Shown here piece by piece: positions 24,518-38,029 of a stretch of 64,000 nucleotides of DNA. Within the stretch, counting starts at the first letter, position 1; each line of letters opens with the position of its first letter. Source of the DNA: Dipteris shenzhenensis. Taxonomy: Eukaryota. The notes below the pieces were generated by a model that was not told where the DNA came from, did no database searches, and saw nothing but the letters and a program-made list of their open reading frames with translations. The position numbers were made by a program, and so were the translations under genes. The DNA is taken from assembly GCA_047967505.1 (NCBI GenBank), contig CM106538.1. One strand, 5' to 3'.

Positions 24518-26599
24518 CATGCTTGGACGTTGAATAAACAATTGTTTACAATCCCAGACCCATGAACGAAGCCCGATCTATGGCGATGGGACTGTCACTA
24601 AATCAAAGAAGAGATGGATATCTTGAAAGTAAGGGGAAGGGTGAGGGGCATGTTGCTAGATATTATAGAAACACTTTGTAAGTGCACTACCAAAGTACAA
24701 AAATCAGAAAAGAAAGCCACCCCATGACGATCTTTTAGGATCCAAAACAAGGTGGGAAGGCTAAGCAAAGAAGCTTCGTCTCAAATGTGCCTAAGGAAAG
24801 GATCTTTAGAGCTGTGGTCCTCAATCTTGGGTTCTAAAAGAGAAGATCGGTGTGCAAAATGTACTTATGATTTTTTTGCCAAGGCTATGCCTCTAGCATG
24901 TCCGAACTACTTATCAAGCAACCATTGCAAATCCACCCCATTGCACTCGCAACAGTTACAAAACTATCAATGTTGTTGCCATGGATGTGGATGCAAACAT
25001 CTAATTTTTGATGGCAAGAGCTGCCCCTCTAACTTCTAGGAGCTACTTAGTAACCATTGCACGTTGGGATTTTATGAGCTTTTGAACTCACAACTTGCAA
25101 GCACATGTACTTCATCTACATCAATGTTCATGGCTTGGATGTTAATGCAAACATGTGAATCCATCAGCCACAATTCATTATGCTAGATTAGTTTTCGCTT
25201 TAGATCACAAAATTACTTTGAAAAGGCTAGCTATCATGAGTCCTCAAAGTTTCTCTTAACATGTTTTCCCTATGTTTGCAACCATGAGCAAGCTTTATTA
25301 TGTTAGTGGAGTATGTACAAAATTGCTAAACCTTGCTCTACCTTTGTGCTAGTTTGGAATGTATTTATTGTCTCTAATATCGTCCCTCTGCTGCCCCCTC
25401 CACCCACCACCCCCCCAATTAAGCATTGTCAATCATGAAGGGTGAGCACAGTATGATATTGAATCCAACCATGTCGAGTCCCAATTCATAGTTTCGTAAC
25501 ATTCTGCATTAAGATGGAATTTAGTCATTGTTAATGCCTTTCATCTCGCCTATCGCATGTGGTTCCAAAACAATCCTCCACTAGTAACCATGAGCCTCAA
25601 ACTAACACATGAATCCACCATGTATGCCATCCCAACATTTTAATCTCTACCAACATGCTTTCCAACATGGAAGCCCTCCTATCAACTCATGGAACAAATT
25701 GATGCTAGTGGCCATCTTGAGAATCATTGACTCCAACTACTACGCATGTATGAAGCAAGCAAAAGGGGCTAATTAGAGAAGGAGAGTACTTCCATGACAT
25801 TATCATAATTGCTAAACACCTTAAAGTATTTAAAAACAAAGTTGATTTCCAGACCTATAGTTGAATGGCAAAACTTAATTCCACATTAAGCTACAAGGAA
25901 GACTAATCATTCGTTTAAATCAATATAGTCTCAAGGATCTAGGGGTTAACCACTTGTAAAGAAAATGCATAGTTAAATTCTGAGACATGATTTTGGAAGG
26001 TAAACACCTTATATGCATTTCCTTAGTATGAGTCAATCATTTCAAAATATCTTAATCTGCTACCAATAACAACTCAATGAATTAATGCTACCAGTTGATG
26101 ATATCTTCTAGAAATATACTTTCTAATTGGATGCTTGTCAAATTTCCTTTGTAAACACAAATTGGGAAACTTTTTAGAGTTTATGAAAAAGGTTATATTC
26201 TGCATAAATGGATTATAATTATAAACCCAAAACATTTTTCTATAGCATTACAACTTTCTCAAAGCATTATAGCATTTTCATAAAATTGGTGAGATATCCT
26301 TCTCAGAGTTTGGACTCAGATGCATAACAGAACTAACCTTACTTTGCCTTCACGCCTCATTTTTGTACATCCTGTTCTTTTGCCCCCCTTCCTGAAGAGA
26401 ATTTTACACTCTAGTGGGTGGTTATGAATCTAGCTACTGTTTGAAGTAGTCAGACTACTCTCTATTTTTTTAACAGTTTGTGGGTTCATAATTCAATGTG
26501 CCTCTAGGAGAGAGTCGTCTATCCAATGAGGTGTTTACCATTCCAAAGGATTTTTATGAGAAGAATCACTCGTCAAGAATCCTAGCCCTCCAAAATCAA

Positions 26600-28020
26600 G
26601 TGTTCACCGTGAGGCTGGTGACGAGCTCGAGAATTAAGGCGGCCATCTCTACTCTACATGCATGATCTTTGTAAGAACTTGCTGTTTGTGGGACATACAA
26701 ATCGAAGAAGGGCTGGTCAAATCAAAGGAGACATGCAGATCTTGGCACGAGGAGTCAAAGAACGTGGCTTGTACTAGATCAATGCATTAATGATTCATGG
26801 GAACAAAAATAGCCCCAAACTACGGCATGAGAGATTTGGGCATGTGAACTATGGTACATTGTCAAAGATGCAAGAGAGATATGCTTGATGGAGTTCCACC
26901 AATAACAAACATGCAAGGAGTCTGCAAAGCTTGCATGACCATTCCCGCAGAATGGCTACATCTAGAGTCACGTCATTCACAAGATCACGATATTTTTGTA
27001 CCTTCATTAATGACTTCAGCTTATTGCCCAGCTAAGAAATCCCAACCTTTGACAAGTTCAAGGAGGTAAAAAAGGAGTCCAAGGCTGGAGTAAAGACATT
27101 CGACACTAACAAAGAAGAAATATTTTGATGCTTATGGTAAGAAGAATGGAATCAAGAGACATCTCACCACAACTTACACACCCTAACAAAACAACATGAT
27201 GGAAAGAAAGAACCATGTGATAGTGATGCAGCTAACAATGATGGGGGGAAGAACCTTTTGAAAGCCTAGTAGGGTCAGGTGGTTCATGCAACACCACACA
27301 TCCCTAAACAAGATGAAGACCGAGGGTATCGAGGATAAGCCACAAATGAACCCTATGTTGAGTTATGTTTGGAGTGGAGAACGACAATGTTGCAGGGTCT
27401 TCTAGTAGGAGTGTGCCATGGAGGCACAAATAAATGCTGATCACACTAGGGACTTGGTGGATGGTCCTCTCAAGCAAAAGGTCATTGACACCAAGCGAGA
27501 AGGCAAAGTTCAAGTCCAATGGCAATTTGGACAATAAGAAGCCAAGCTAGCAATCTAAGGTTATGCTTAGACACCATCTTCACTTTGAAGAGACCTTTGC
27601 CACGAACATAGATGACACCCATGCAAGCAATCATTGCCTTGGCCGCCTATTTTGAATGGTTCATTTTTCACATGTATATTTTTGAATTGCGACCTAAAGA
27701 AAGTAGTTTACGTGGAGCATGTTCTAGTTTCAAGGAAACAGGAGTGCAAATTGAGGAAACCTCATGGTAGTAGCACATTAATGGCTTCTTTAACCAAATT
27801 GGATTATCTTGGTTGGAGTCCATTAGTTGTAAACATTTGCCTCTTTTTAGAAGGGGGAAATAGGAATGATTGTGATCTTGCATGTATCATGATGCATTAA
27901 CTCTTACAAGTAATCACTAAGGAAAGATTTTGTAAGGCAACAAACTCTTCATGAAGGAGCTCGACATGACGAACTTTGACTTATCCATTATTTCTTTGGA
28001 ATCGACATTTCCCGATGTCT
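26600..28020 (+). mobile_element. Very old copia pol remnant
   Basis: KNLLFVG; HERFGHVNYGTLSKM..GVCKACM (GAG-pre-integrase); TYTP*QNNMMERKN; FEETFA; KELDMTNF. Heavily deleted; limits approximate. Confidence 0.75.
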
Positions 28021-28204
28021 TTATTATTGTCTGTTCGAGCTTTTGCAGCAACCTGTGAATCATTATCGCTTAGGTGAATTTTGTTTTATATGGATGTTTT
28101 TCAGGAGGGTGTGGAACAATCAAAGTTGCAACGCTATTCCCAAAAACCTTGTGTCTCATGCACAAATAAAACACATAGGTTGCACAAATGAAACACATTG
28201 AGGT

Positions 28205-31200
28205 TTATTTATCGTTTTGATCGGGAGCTCATCATCGACAAGATCGTGCTGGTAGAGTCAACAAACGTGCCCGGGAGGGGAGAGATGCATCATAGATCTC
28301 TATCCGAAAGACTTGATGTCCATGTTTCACGTATGTTTATGAAACAGGATCAATCAAGAAGGCATGTCCTCACTCTGTGAGCCAAACTACCATCCCCGAA
28401 GTAAATCCCTCCTCATCCTCTATGTACTAGCCATAATCCTGAGGGAGGCCAACCATATTGTTCTGCGATCGAGCGTCCCCATGGGCAATGAGGGATAGTC
28501 CTTCCACGCAGCAGATACACCTGCCATCCACCCGCATCTGCTCCAACCAAGGGCCAACAGGCAGACTCTTGTCAACTATCAACCAAAAAAAGTAGAAATC
28601 TTGCGTGGGTATAGGCCCGTCCGAGGCCAACAAAACCGAAAACTAACCTCCCTCGAGATATCTTGCTCTAGCTAATGTTGTTCCCTTGAGGGGGTCCACG
28701 ATGCTACCTGGAGCTGTAAGCAACACCCAATGCGAGTCGTATAAGAAAAAAAGGAAAGATCCTCTACCCAATCTGATTGCCCTACACGGGCTGGCGAATC
28801 CCGCTAGATATCACATAGGGCTCCCTCATGTGTCAATAAGACTATGGTGGGATCTAGGTACCAAGTCTTGCCCAAGCGGCCCACTATCCTAAGCCTCTGC
28901 CACTCCAAATCCTCCTGGGACGCCTCTGTCTCATCATCCAACTTTGTATTTGCCTGCAATGAGCCTCCGGGTCCCACCTTATAAAACTGACAGTGACAGG
29001 ATCCAAGAGACTCCCGAAAGCAACGTATCCTAAGAGATACCCCATCCGCAAGAACAATCCTGCACAACAATCTAGGGTCCAAGGACTCCGAAATCCCTCC
29101 CACCATGAGTCAGAGATCGTTGTCTCAATCTCCACCATCCGGGTGCCTGCCCCTCAAACGTGAGAGAGGGCATGCATCCACGCCCTAAAGGATCTAGCTG
29201 GTCCATTGTCCAACTGTGCCCATCCAATACCAATCCGCTGACTCAGCATGCGTCCCTCTGAATCCTTTACCTCCACATGCCAAATGAGCAACTGCCTCTC
29301 AAACTCCTCCCTGCATGTCAAACTAGCTCGAAGGAGTCGTCCCACTAATCTCTATCATGCTCTGTAGACACTCCTCATCAATGGAGAGCCCTTCTCTGTC
29401 AAGGGAGCCTCGGAGAAAATCCACCTATAAGAGCGTCGCCAGTGACCTCCTGTGCAAGAAGTATTCCCAAGAAGCCCCCACTGAAGGAGCTTCCAAGGTT
29501 CCGCACCTAGGGTGAGACCTCTCACCACCAGCTTGCCCATAGCAAGGCTTTGCTCTGCATCTCTGGATCAATGGTGCCCAACCACCCTTCCCCAATGGCA
29601 TAATCACTGTCCTATGCAATCCCAATGGAAACACCAACAAGAGGCAATATACCAAGCCGTGACAAGGACATAGTTAACCACCAACACTTACCTGCTAGTG
29701 AGAATTTAACTGGGCTCCAATACAAGATCCTGCGCTGAACGCTGTCAAAAACCAACATGGCAACCCAAGTACTTTGCTATCTTCCTCCTTGGGATCCATC
29801 GAAAGCTAGAATCAACCCCCTAGTCTCGAACCTCCTGACCTCCACTAGCTCTGTGAGAAACCTACAGATTTGGTCCAGTTTGTGCGAGCTATGGAAGCCC
29901 CAATAAATGGGCGAGGCTTCCCTGACCCTCTCTAATCTAGATGTTGAGCCCTCGACATAAAGGACTATATTCTTTGCAAATTCAGAGTCTAGGAGCTCCT
30001 CCTCCTACCGAATCGAAAGCCTCATCCCTGTGAGACCAAGTGCCTAGGAGCACAAAAAGTAACCTAGGGCCTCTGCTAGAAAGAGGAATCGGTAGGGGGC
30101 AAGACGACGGGAACAGGAAAGACCTCTCCTGTGTGCCCCCCAATGTCCACATGGCTAGAGCTACCTGCATAGAGAGCTGAAACCCTTCTGATTCATCTTC
30201 CTGAGAAGCCAAGTCTCTCCATGGTACCCTCCAAAAAGGACCACTCTACATGTCGTATGCATTATCAACGTCCAAAAGAAGATTGACGAGAGGCTATGAC
30301 TCTTCCCTGGATCAATCCACTATCTCCCAGTAAGTGAAGATGTTTAGGATGCTACACTCCTGAACAAAACCTATTGCATCTCATGGATGATGTCTAGTAG
30401 GTGGAGTTTTAACCGTAGCCTCAAGACCTTGGCCAAATCCTTGTAAGTCGTGTCGAGTAGGGTGATCGGTCTTCACTGACAAATATATCATCCATCTCCT
30501 CCCTTCGAGATCAAACATCCAACCTCTGCTCAAAGAATGTGAAAGGGAGCCCAAGTCAAAAATCTTCTGACAGGCTAACCTGAGTGGGATAGAGATATGC
30601 TCCCAGAAGTACCTAAAGAAGCTCAAGGCCAAGCCGTCCTCTTCAGGGCAGTTTTGGACCGATGGGGCCTCCCAAAGCTCGTCCTTGATAAATTGTGCCT
30701 CGATTATATGCTTAAACTCTGTTTGACAACGAAACTCTACACTACAAACCTCCAAGTCCTGTAGCTCCAAACGTGCACTCCAAGCAATCCCTGAGCCACT
30801 AGGATCCCGAATCCTACTCCTTGAGTCTCTCTATGAAACTTAGATCTTGATGAAGTGTTCTCCCCCTCTTGAAGTGCCAATCTCCGTCGAAGGGCCTGGG
30901 ACTAGAGAACCACCTAGCCCTCGCGTTGTCTCCAAATCTCCACTATACCCTATTGTACCTCCACCTCTCGTAGAAGATCATTCAATCTACAGATCCCCTT
31001 GTGGGAGAGTCCGCAGCAAGACTGCTCCAAGTGAAGGACCCTGACCACCAAGGAGTGATCCAACATCGAGCTCCGTGCAAAGATTGCTGATGGAGCCGCC
31101 TTTAAGGTGTCTAGACCCCTATGTACAATTTATCTAGGCACTCCCAACAACCCATCATGTCGACACAGTCCAAAAGAGAGTTGTAGGCTACCCGAAAGTC

Positions 31201-33400
31201 TCGGAAACTCAAGTTCCCGCCATGAGTTTCCCAGACATTGATCACAAAATAAAATTGTTCCCAAGTGCTCCTCTCGACAATGATGCCTTTCTTATTTTCC
31301 ATAAACTCTAGGTTGTTGAAGTTACCTCCAACAATCCAAGGGTCAACCTCTAGGAGGCACTCTATGGGCTGCCACCAAAAAGCAAGACGATGCTGCTTGC
31401 AAGTGGATACATACACATTCAGGATACCAATCCGGATGTCACCTCTCTGAATACCCATCCACACTACACGACCTGGTATGAGCTCCCCCTACGCAAATAT
31501 CTCTAAGGCCACTACCTAAGAGACGAAAGTGCATACTTCGCCACTCCTACCAACTGCTGGAGACGAAATCTCTCGACTCCCCCCAAGGAGGAGGTGGTGT
31601 CAACATGTGATGTCTGACGGTGTAAACATATGTTCCTAGATCAAGAGCAAGTCAATTGGACGAGCTACCAATGCCCGATGCACTTCTTGCTGACGAAGAT
31701 TCAAATATTGTGGCTAATTACGCGCACGATCATGAAGCCCATGCACGTTCTCACCAAAGTCAAGCTCATGAGGATGGGATAATAGAGAACAAGGCTCGCA
31801 TGCGTGCGAAGACTCCAAGAAACCAACTCTCTATGATCTCGAAGGAGATTTGGATTCAAATATTGTGGCTAATTACACGCACGATCATGAAGCCCATGCA
31901 CGTTCAAACTCACCAAAGTCAAGCTCATGAGGATGGGATAATGGAGAACAAGGCTCGCATGCGTGCGAAGACTCCAAGAAACCAACTCTCTATGATCTCG
32001 AAGGAGATTTGGAATACAATTAATCAATATCCCTTCGTCGTCAGACCAAGGCCACCACTGGCTCAATCCCTACCTTACGAGCTCAGTACATCATGAAAGA
32101 AACATCAAACACCGAAAAGATCGAGGCATTGTTGCAACGTCCATTAATGCGATTGGGTGAGTACAATCCCAGGTGGAAAACGAATCACTCCTTGCTAAGC
32201 CTGATCTCAGCTTTGCTAGAGAGAAGCCAAGCTGAAAATGTGTCGAAGTACCATGGGCAACCACAAGTTCACCCCTGTAGACCCATTCACACATCCGTCA
32301 TCTGGTACACCTGATGCTCCATCATCGCATCGAATAGTTCCAGAGGCCACTTCTCCACAATGGAGACGAACCGTAGGACCCAAACCGAATGGATACGGGA
32401 TCCTACCACGCTAATACCATCTTTTCAAGGCTATAAGATTAAAAAATAGGCAACTCCAAGGGCATGGCATACAAAGGTCACCACCAAGAGCCCCATTCAC
32501 TAGAAATAAGCAATAAAACTGCACCTCCCACTAGTATAAAGGTGGAAAACTAGAGGGAGAAAGTAGAAGTGAAAAGAGAAAGCGCCCACGCGTGGATAAG
32601 TCCGCCAAGGCCCGCCGACCGTCATAGCAAGAGGAAACCCTTACTGAATCTTGGCTGGATATGTGAAGGCTTCAATAGGGAAGATCATGCTGAAGAGGAA
32701 AAACAGCCCCGGAGTTCTTCCACGAGCTAGCTCTCAACCTTGGAACATCAATGGAATGCGCAATGGAGAGCTGTCAAGGGAGAGTGAGCCATTCGCTATC
32801 TCATGAAGCACACAACGAACTAGGAGCTGCTTTCACCGGGTTCGCAACCTTGAGAGGACTGGCAAGATCTTCAAATCATGAACCTTGCTGGCTGGTCGCA
32901 CTCGGCCAGCCCCAAGCATAATGGACTGGCTGTTGTCCTCTGCCGAGTGTGCCACGAGACCTCCAAGTGCTCAAATCATCGGCCCTTGCTGGAATCCCAC
33001 GAGGGGCTGGTAGCTACCGGGCTGCAAAGGGGCAACGCCACTCCTAGGAGGGGTTGCAGCTCAACGCGCCCTTGCCTTGCAATCTGAGGGGCGACCACAG
33101 CCTGTACAATGGGCTGTGGCTGAGCAACACACAGGAAAGTGCAGGACAGCATACCCCCACCCTAAGGCACTTTGGACTGTACGCTGCCGTACAGTGGCGC
33201 AGGCGTGGGGGGTCGCAGGTAGAGGCATCCTCTTCCTTGCACCCTTCATACCTTTGCAGCCTGTCCTTTGTCTGTCTTTTGCCCAGCAGTTCACTGGATG
33301 TTGTAGCTCCTTCCTGGAGTCATCTTCCACTATGGTGGTTGCTATAAATCTGAGTATTGTTGAAGTCTCCCTCCCTCCCTCCCATGCTCTCTGTTCATGC
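28205..33400 (-). mobile_element. L1-type LINE, near full length, decayed
   Basis: ORF2 starts at ATG 31928 (MSLTLVSLNVHGL), then IDLLLI*EH, ILNVY, WIVGGNFN, LDKLY (APE); CPEEDGLALSFFRYFW (RT N-terminus); FAKNIVLYV at the FADD position (~29980); zf-RVT-like CICC near 28515. 32000-33400 is tentatively ORF1/5' region. Ends approximate. Confidence 0.8.
31698..32011. repeat. ~155/159-bp tandem duplication spanning the LINE ORF2 start
   Basis: Units 31698-31852 and 31853-32011, near identical apart from a 4-nt indel and a few substitutions. Confidence 0.92.
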
Positions 33401-36400
33401 ACACGCGTACGTGTGCGTGGAGGCTCGCGAGTGCATGCAAGTGTGTGTCTGTCGCTGTCTTTCTGTCTCTGTTCTTTTACACTGTATGGGTTCAGCATTC
33501 CGTGTGCCTCTGGACATGTTAGGAGAGTCTATACCTAGATGAATCTAGGAACATTCCCAAACTCATCCTCTAAAAACAACATAATGCAGTTTCAATCTCA
33601 TGATAGTCACTCATAAGGTTGAAAACCATAAACTCCATCACGCATAGCAGGGACTAGCTACTATGACATCCCCACTGACGTCATCAGCGCCGAACAGTGA
33701 GGGTAGACCATAGTATAAAAATATGCTCTCTCACACACACAAATCCACACACCCACACATACTTGGGCATCCATTTATACAAAGTCTTCGTGCTAAGTTT
33801 CTGTCGGCACTCTGGAGGTGAAGGGCAGACTCAGCCATGATGAAGGCTAGCACTAAAGGCGAAGGCTAATCAAAAAGTAGTCCAAAATCTCTTCATTCTG
33901 GATCTATCCGCTGCATTGGAGGTCGAAGTTTTAGCGTCTGTTCTGCTGCCATTGTCCTGAGTAGATGGTTCAAGACGTTTATTTGCTGTCAGTATCTTCT
34001 AGAAACAGACATTCTAATATGTTTTTCAGATCTCTGGACAATTTTCAAAGTTCATGGAAAAAAATAGATAATAATACTGAATTATGATTATCATTACAAA
34101 ACAACCTTCTGCAGCACACCACTCCCTCTCAAATCTGAAGCAGTTTCACAAATCAGAACTCAGGCAGAGAGAAAAGGTGTTATTATCCATTCTGCACAAA
34201 TGAAATAACGAAGACATTTCATCTGTGATGCAGTCAGCTTTTTGGTTCGCTTGTGCAGGGATAAAGAAATAAAAATTTGCAACTGTTTTACAACTGAACC
34301 TCAAAGACAGCACAATAAATCAAAATAACTTCACTTTCCTGTCAATTAGTGTACAATCGGCCCCTTTTGGCCTGGAAAGAATTTGTGAGGTTCAGCTCAA
34401 AGCTCTGCAAAATTGAAATGCTACAGCAACTATTAAGAAGGTCCTGTATAGACAAGTAAAAAAACATGGTCCTGCTCTCAGTCTCTCAACAACAGCAGTC
34501 TGTCAAGACTCCTGAAGGGCACTTAAAGCCTTGATTTTACTTCCCTATTGTGCCCTTTCCCATGAATGATCAGTATTTCCTTACCTGCTTTACATGAAAT
34601 ATGTACCTGTTTTACATGACATATGTACAAGGGGTCCCAAACTGTTCGATTTGAACAGTCAGCCAGACATGCTTGGCCATAGTCTGCATCCATTCAGATA
34701 TTGAAGTTTAGACACACCCATTAAAAGAAGGGTACTAACATGAGTTGGAACTTGTAGTGATACCCCCCTGAGATGCTCTGAAACAGCAGCATAGTGAGAT
34801 CTTTGCTTGTTATGGACCAGAGGCTTGCCATGATCCATCATCCCTGCCATACTGATTTGATATGACCATCAAAGGTTTGCTGTGATCCATCATCCTGACG
34901 ACATTCATCTCCTGGTATGCCCAGAACGATTCCAGAGTATCAATATTGTGCTCATAGCCCAGGGTACCTCGTTATGTGCCGCTGTGGTCAACAAGGGGCA
35001 ACTGTGGTCAGTCTGTTGTACAGTTGGCTTCATGGTCCAATACAATGATGGCAACATGGTGAGAGTTTGGAAGTATCTGATGTCACCATCAAATGGCTCC
35101 TCCAACTAATGGACCAAGAAAACCCTCCAATAGTCATAGCACCGAGTCACATGTGGAGGGATCCATGCAGCTGAATTGAAAAGATAGTTGCATCACTGCA
35201 ATCTATGTAAAACACTGCTAAACACCAACATATCAACATGATGAACTGGAAATAAGGTTGAGCACCTCAATGGACCTGAATTCCCATAGACTGAAAAATC
35301 AAAATGAATCATACCAGACCACTAAAGAGTTAGGCTCATGTCCAAAAACAGAGTCAATGTTTAAAATTTTAGAAAATAAATTTCCTGGAGACCAACTAGA
35401 ATCATACCCTGGAGAAAATTTTAAAGCGTCCACATAGAACTGACAGGCATATGGCTAAGATACAGTTTTCAAGGTAGCATAGTAATTTACACAAGAGAGA
35501 ATCATGATTTCACTAATGAAGGGTCTGAATAAAGCAGCTTGTTAGTAATTTATTGAGTGAAAATCATATCAGTTAAGCAGAAAAGTTTATCCCAAAGTAA
35601 GAATTACTTTGGATACTGCTATGATGGTGGCGTTTAAAAGTTAGGCATTATGAAATTCATAACAAGTTGCCTAGAGTGCTACCATCTGCTTATCCGTCAT
35701 CATGTTGGAAGATTTTCTCAGGAGTAGATTGATGCCAAAGATGCAGTAATCTTGAGAGGGTGAATATGTTCAGAAACGTTTTACAAACCCTAAATCTTGC
35801 AGAGAGCCATGCACGAACAAAGTCAAACATGGCGCATGGTTTGGTGGGAAGCAGATCCAACATATACGTATTATGTGAAAGATTTATAAGCGCTTGGGGA
35901 TGGGCATTCTCATGAGAATAAGCCCTGCATGGCGTAGAGCTGGGAGATTCAGCTAATGGTTGACGAAATCAAACCTGACATGTGGCTTAGCAGTGAGTTG
36001 ATAATGCATGTAGCAATTGAGTTGTGGATGTAGGCCAATGTACAGCATACGTGCTAGCTGCGGTTTGCAGCTAGCAGATCATGATCTTGCAAGGAGGTTC
36101 ACTCTTTTATGATGGTTGGCTGTCATAAGAGCCTTTCAAAGCTAAGTTAGAACGCTTTTCTTGGAAAGGCCTGCCTACTTTAGGATGAGGCTTGCATGTA
36201 AAGCAAAGTGTTCTTTTTGAGCCGCCTTTGGCATACTTTTCTAAATTTAGACATGGGTTTGTGTGAAAAGAAAGCTTTTACTTTGCCAAGCACGCACGCC
36301 TAATGTTAGAGAAAGCCTAACGTTAGAGAAAAAGCAAAGCAACTCACCCCCAGGAATAGGCTTTCTCGAATTCGTTTAGGCATGCAGAGCCTTAATCGAG

Positions 36401-36899
36401 ACTTCTAGCTATTTCTAGCTTAGGAGCAGGACAATTTTAGCAGAAATGGTCCCACAACTGCCTGTCCCACCAAAGCCCGTTCCAGCAGGTGCCTAGAAGG
36501 CCTCTCACAAAACCCAGTCACAAGATATGCTTCTTGTCACAGTTCTTCCCCAATCCTCTTGCTACTGAACAAAACCCTCTTGGAGGTGCACCGAACTTGG
36601 CTCAGCTGACTGGTAGCTCTTCAGCTGGAGCCCATTCAGTTTGTAGTCATCTGCTTCCTATGTCTCACTAGGAATTGGTGATTGTTGAATTTATCCTGCT
36701 TTGCTGTCCTTTGTTCCAATAGCTTGAGCTCTCAGCTTGTTGTTGCAGATCACCATTACTTTCTGCGACTAAAACTCTTCTCTGTTGAAATCGTCAGCTC
36801 CTTCTAGGAGTTGAAAGCTATTTTGTGCAGCCTTCAAGTGTCTTATATTCTAGGCTGTAGCTTAATATTAGTGCACAGTAGCATACATTTGCACAGTAA

Positions 36900-38028
36900 C
36901 AAGGAGTTGCAGAGCAGAAGAATTGGACCTTGATGGAAATGGGCAAGTGTAGGCTTAAGTGCCAACAAGTTTTGGTTGGATGCAATCCTGTGTGTCAACT
37001 ATGTGGTGAAGTACTTAGTAGTTTGGTATATGCACATGTACCCTCTTAGTTGAGGCACAAATTGGAGGATAAGGCAGTCAAGTGCATATTCATTGGCTAC
37101 AGCTCACAAAATAAAGGCTACACATTCTACTAGCCTAGCAAGCTTTGCCTTGGCTGGACTGTCAAAAACAGCCATCTGTAAATGCCTCTGCTGTATTTGA
37201 TTCATTGCTACCCATTTTCACTATAATGCAGATTTGGATCAGCAATTCCAGGGTTAGTTGCTAGTACTTTCCAGCCTCCTCTTCCCTTAGCTTGATGATC
37301 ATGCTATTGAACACGCAGTTGCAGCGAGAGGGATGTCATTAGACAGCACAAAACAGTCCCCGAATGGCTGTCTGACCCCACACTAGAGGTGCACGAAGAC
37401 AAATGCATGGCAAATTTTTTGGATGTTGCTTCGATTGCCACAGCCTGTAATGAGGAACCTTTCTAGGATGCATTTGATAACAAAGAGTGGATCAATGCCA
37501 TGAAAGCTGAATTTGATTCCATTAACAAAAATGGCACATGGGGGTTGTGTGATTTGCCTCCTAGGTAGCGTGTGGGTTTACAAGTTGAAGCGAAAAGATG
37601 ATGGCAGTGTATACTGATACAAAGCCCATCTTGTTCCCAAGCGCTATGCTCAACAGCAAGGCATTGACTTTGAGGAAACCTTTGCCCCCACATCCTGCAT
37701 CACTATCATTCACTGTGTCATAGCTATTGCAGCTCACACGCATTGGGAGGCTCATCGACTAGACATTAAAACTGCCTTTCTTCATAGTGATTTGCTGGAG
37801 GAAGTCTAGGTAAGCCCCCCTCGTTTTGATGTTTGAGGGTTCTCCAAATTTACAAGTTGAAGCAGAAAGATGATGGCAGCATACACCGCTACAAAGCCCG
37901 TCTAGTTCCCAAGCGCTATGCTCAACAGCAAGGCATTGACTTTGAGGAAACCTTTGCCGCCACATCCTGGATCACTACCATTCACTGTGTCATAGCTATT
38001 GCAGCTCACGCATTGGGAGGCTCATCAT
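36900..38028 (+). mobile_element. Copia integrase/RT remnant with an internal duplication
   Basis: [63 protein letters not shown]-like segment present twice (37577-37756 and 37849-38026). Confidence 0.85.
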
Positions 38029-38029
38029 C

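Noticed and set aside
24070-26550. Possible decayed DNA transposon or gene
   Set aside because: No motif, TIR/TSD pair or splice-consistent ORF that I can support
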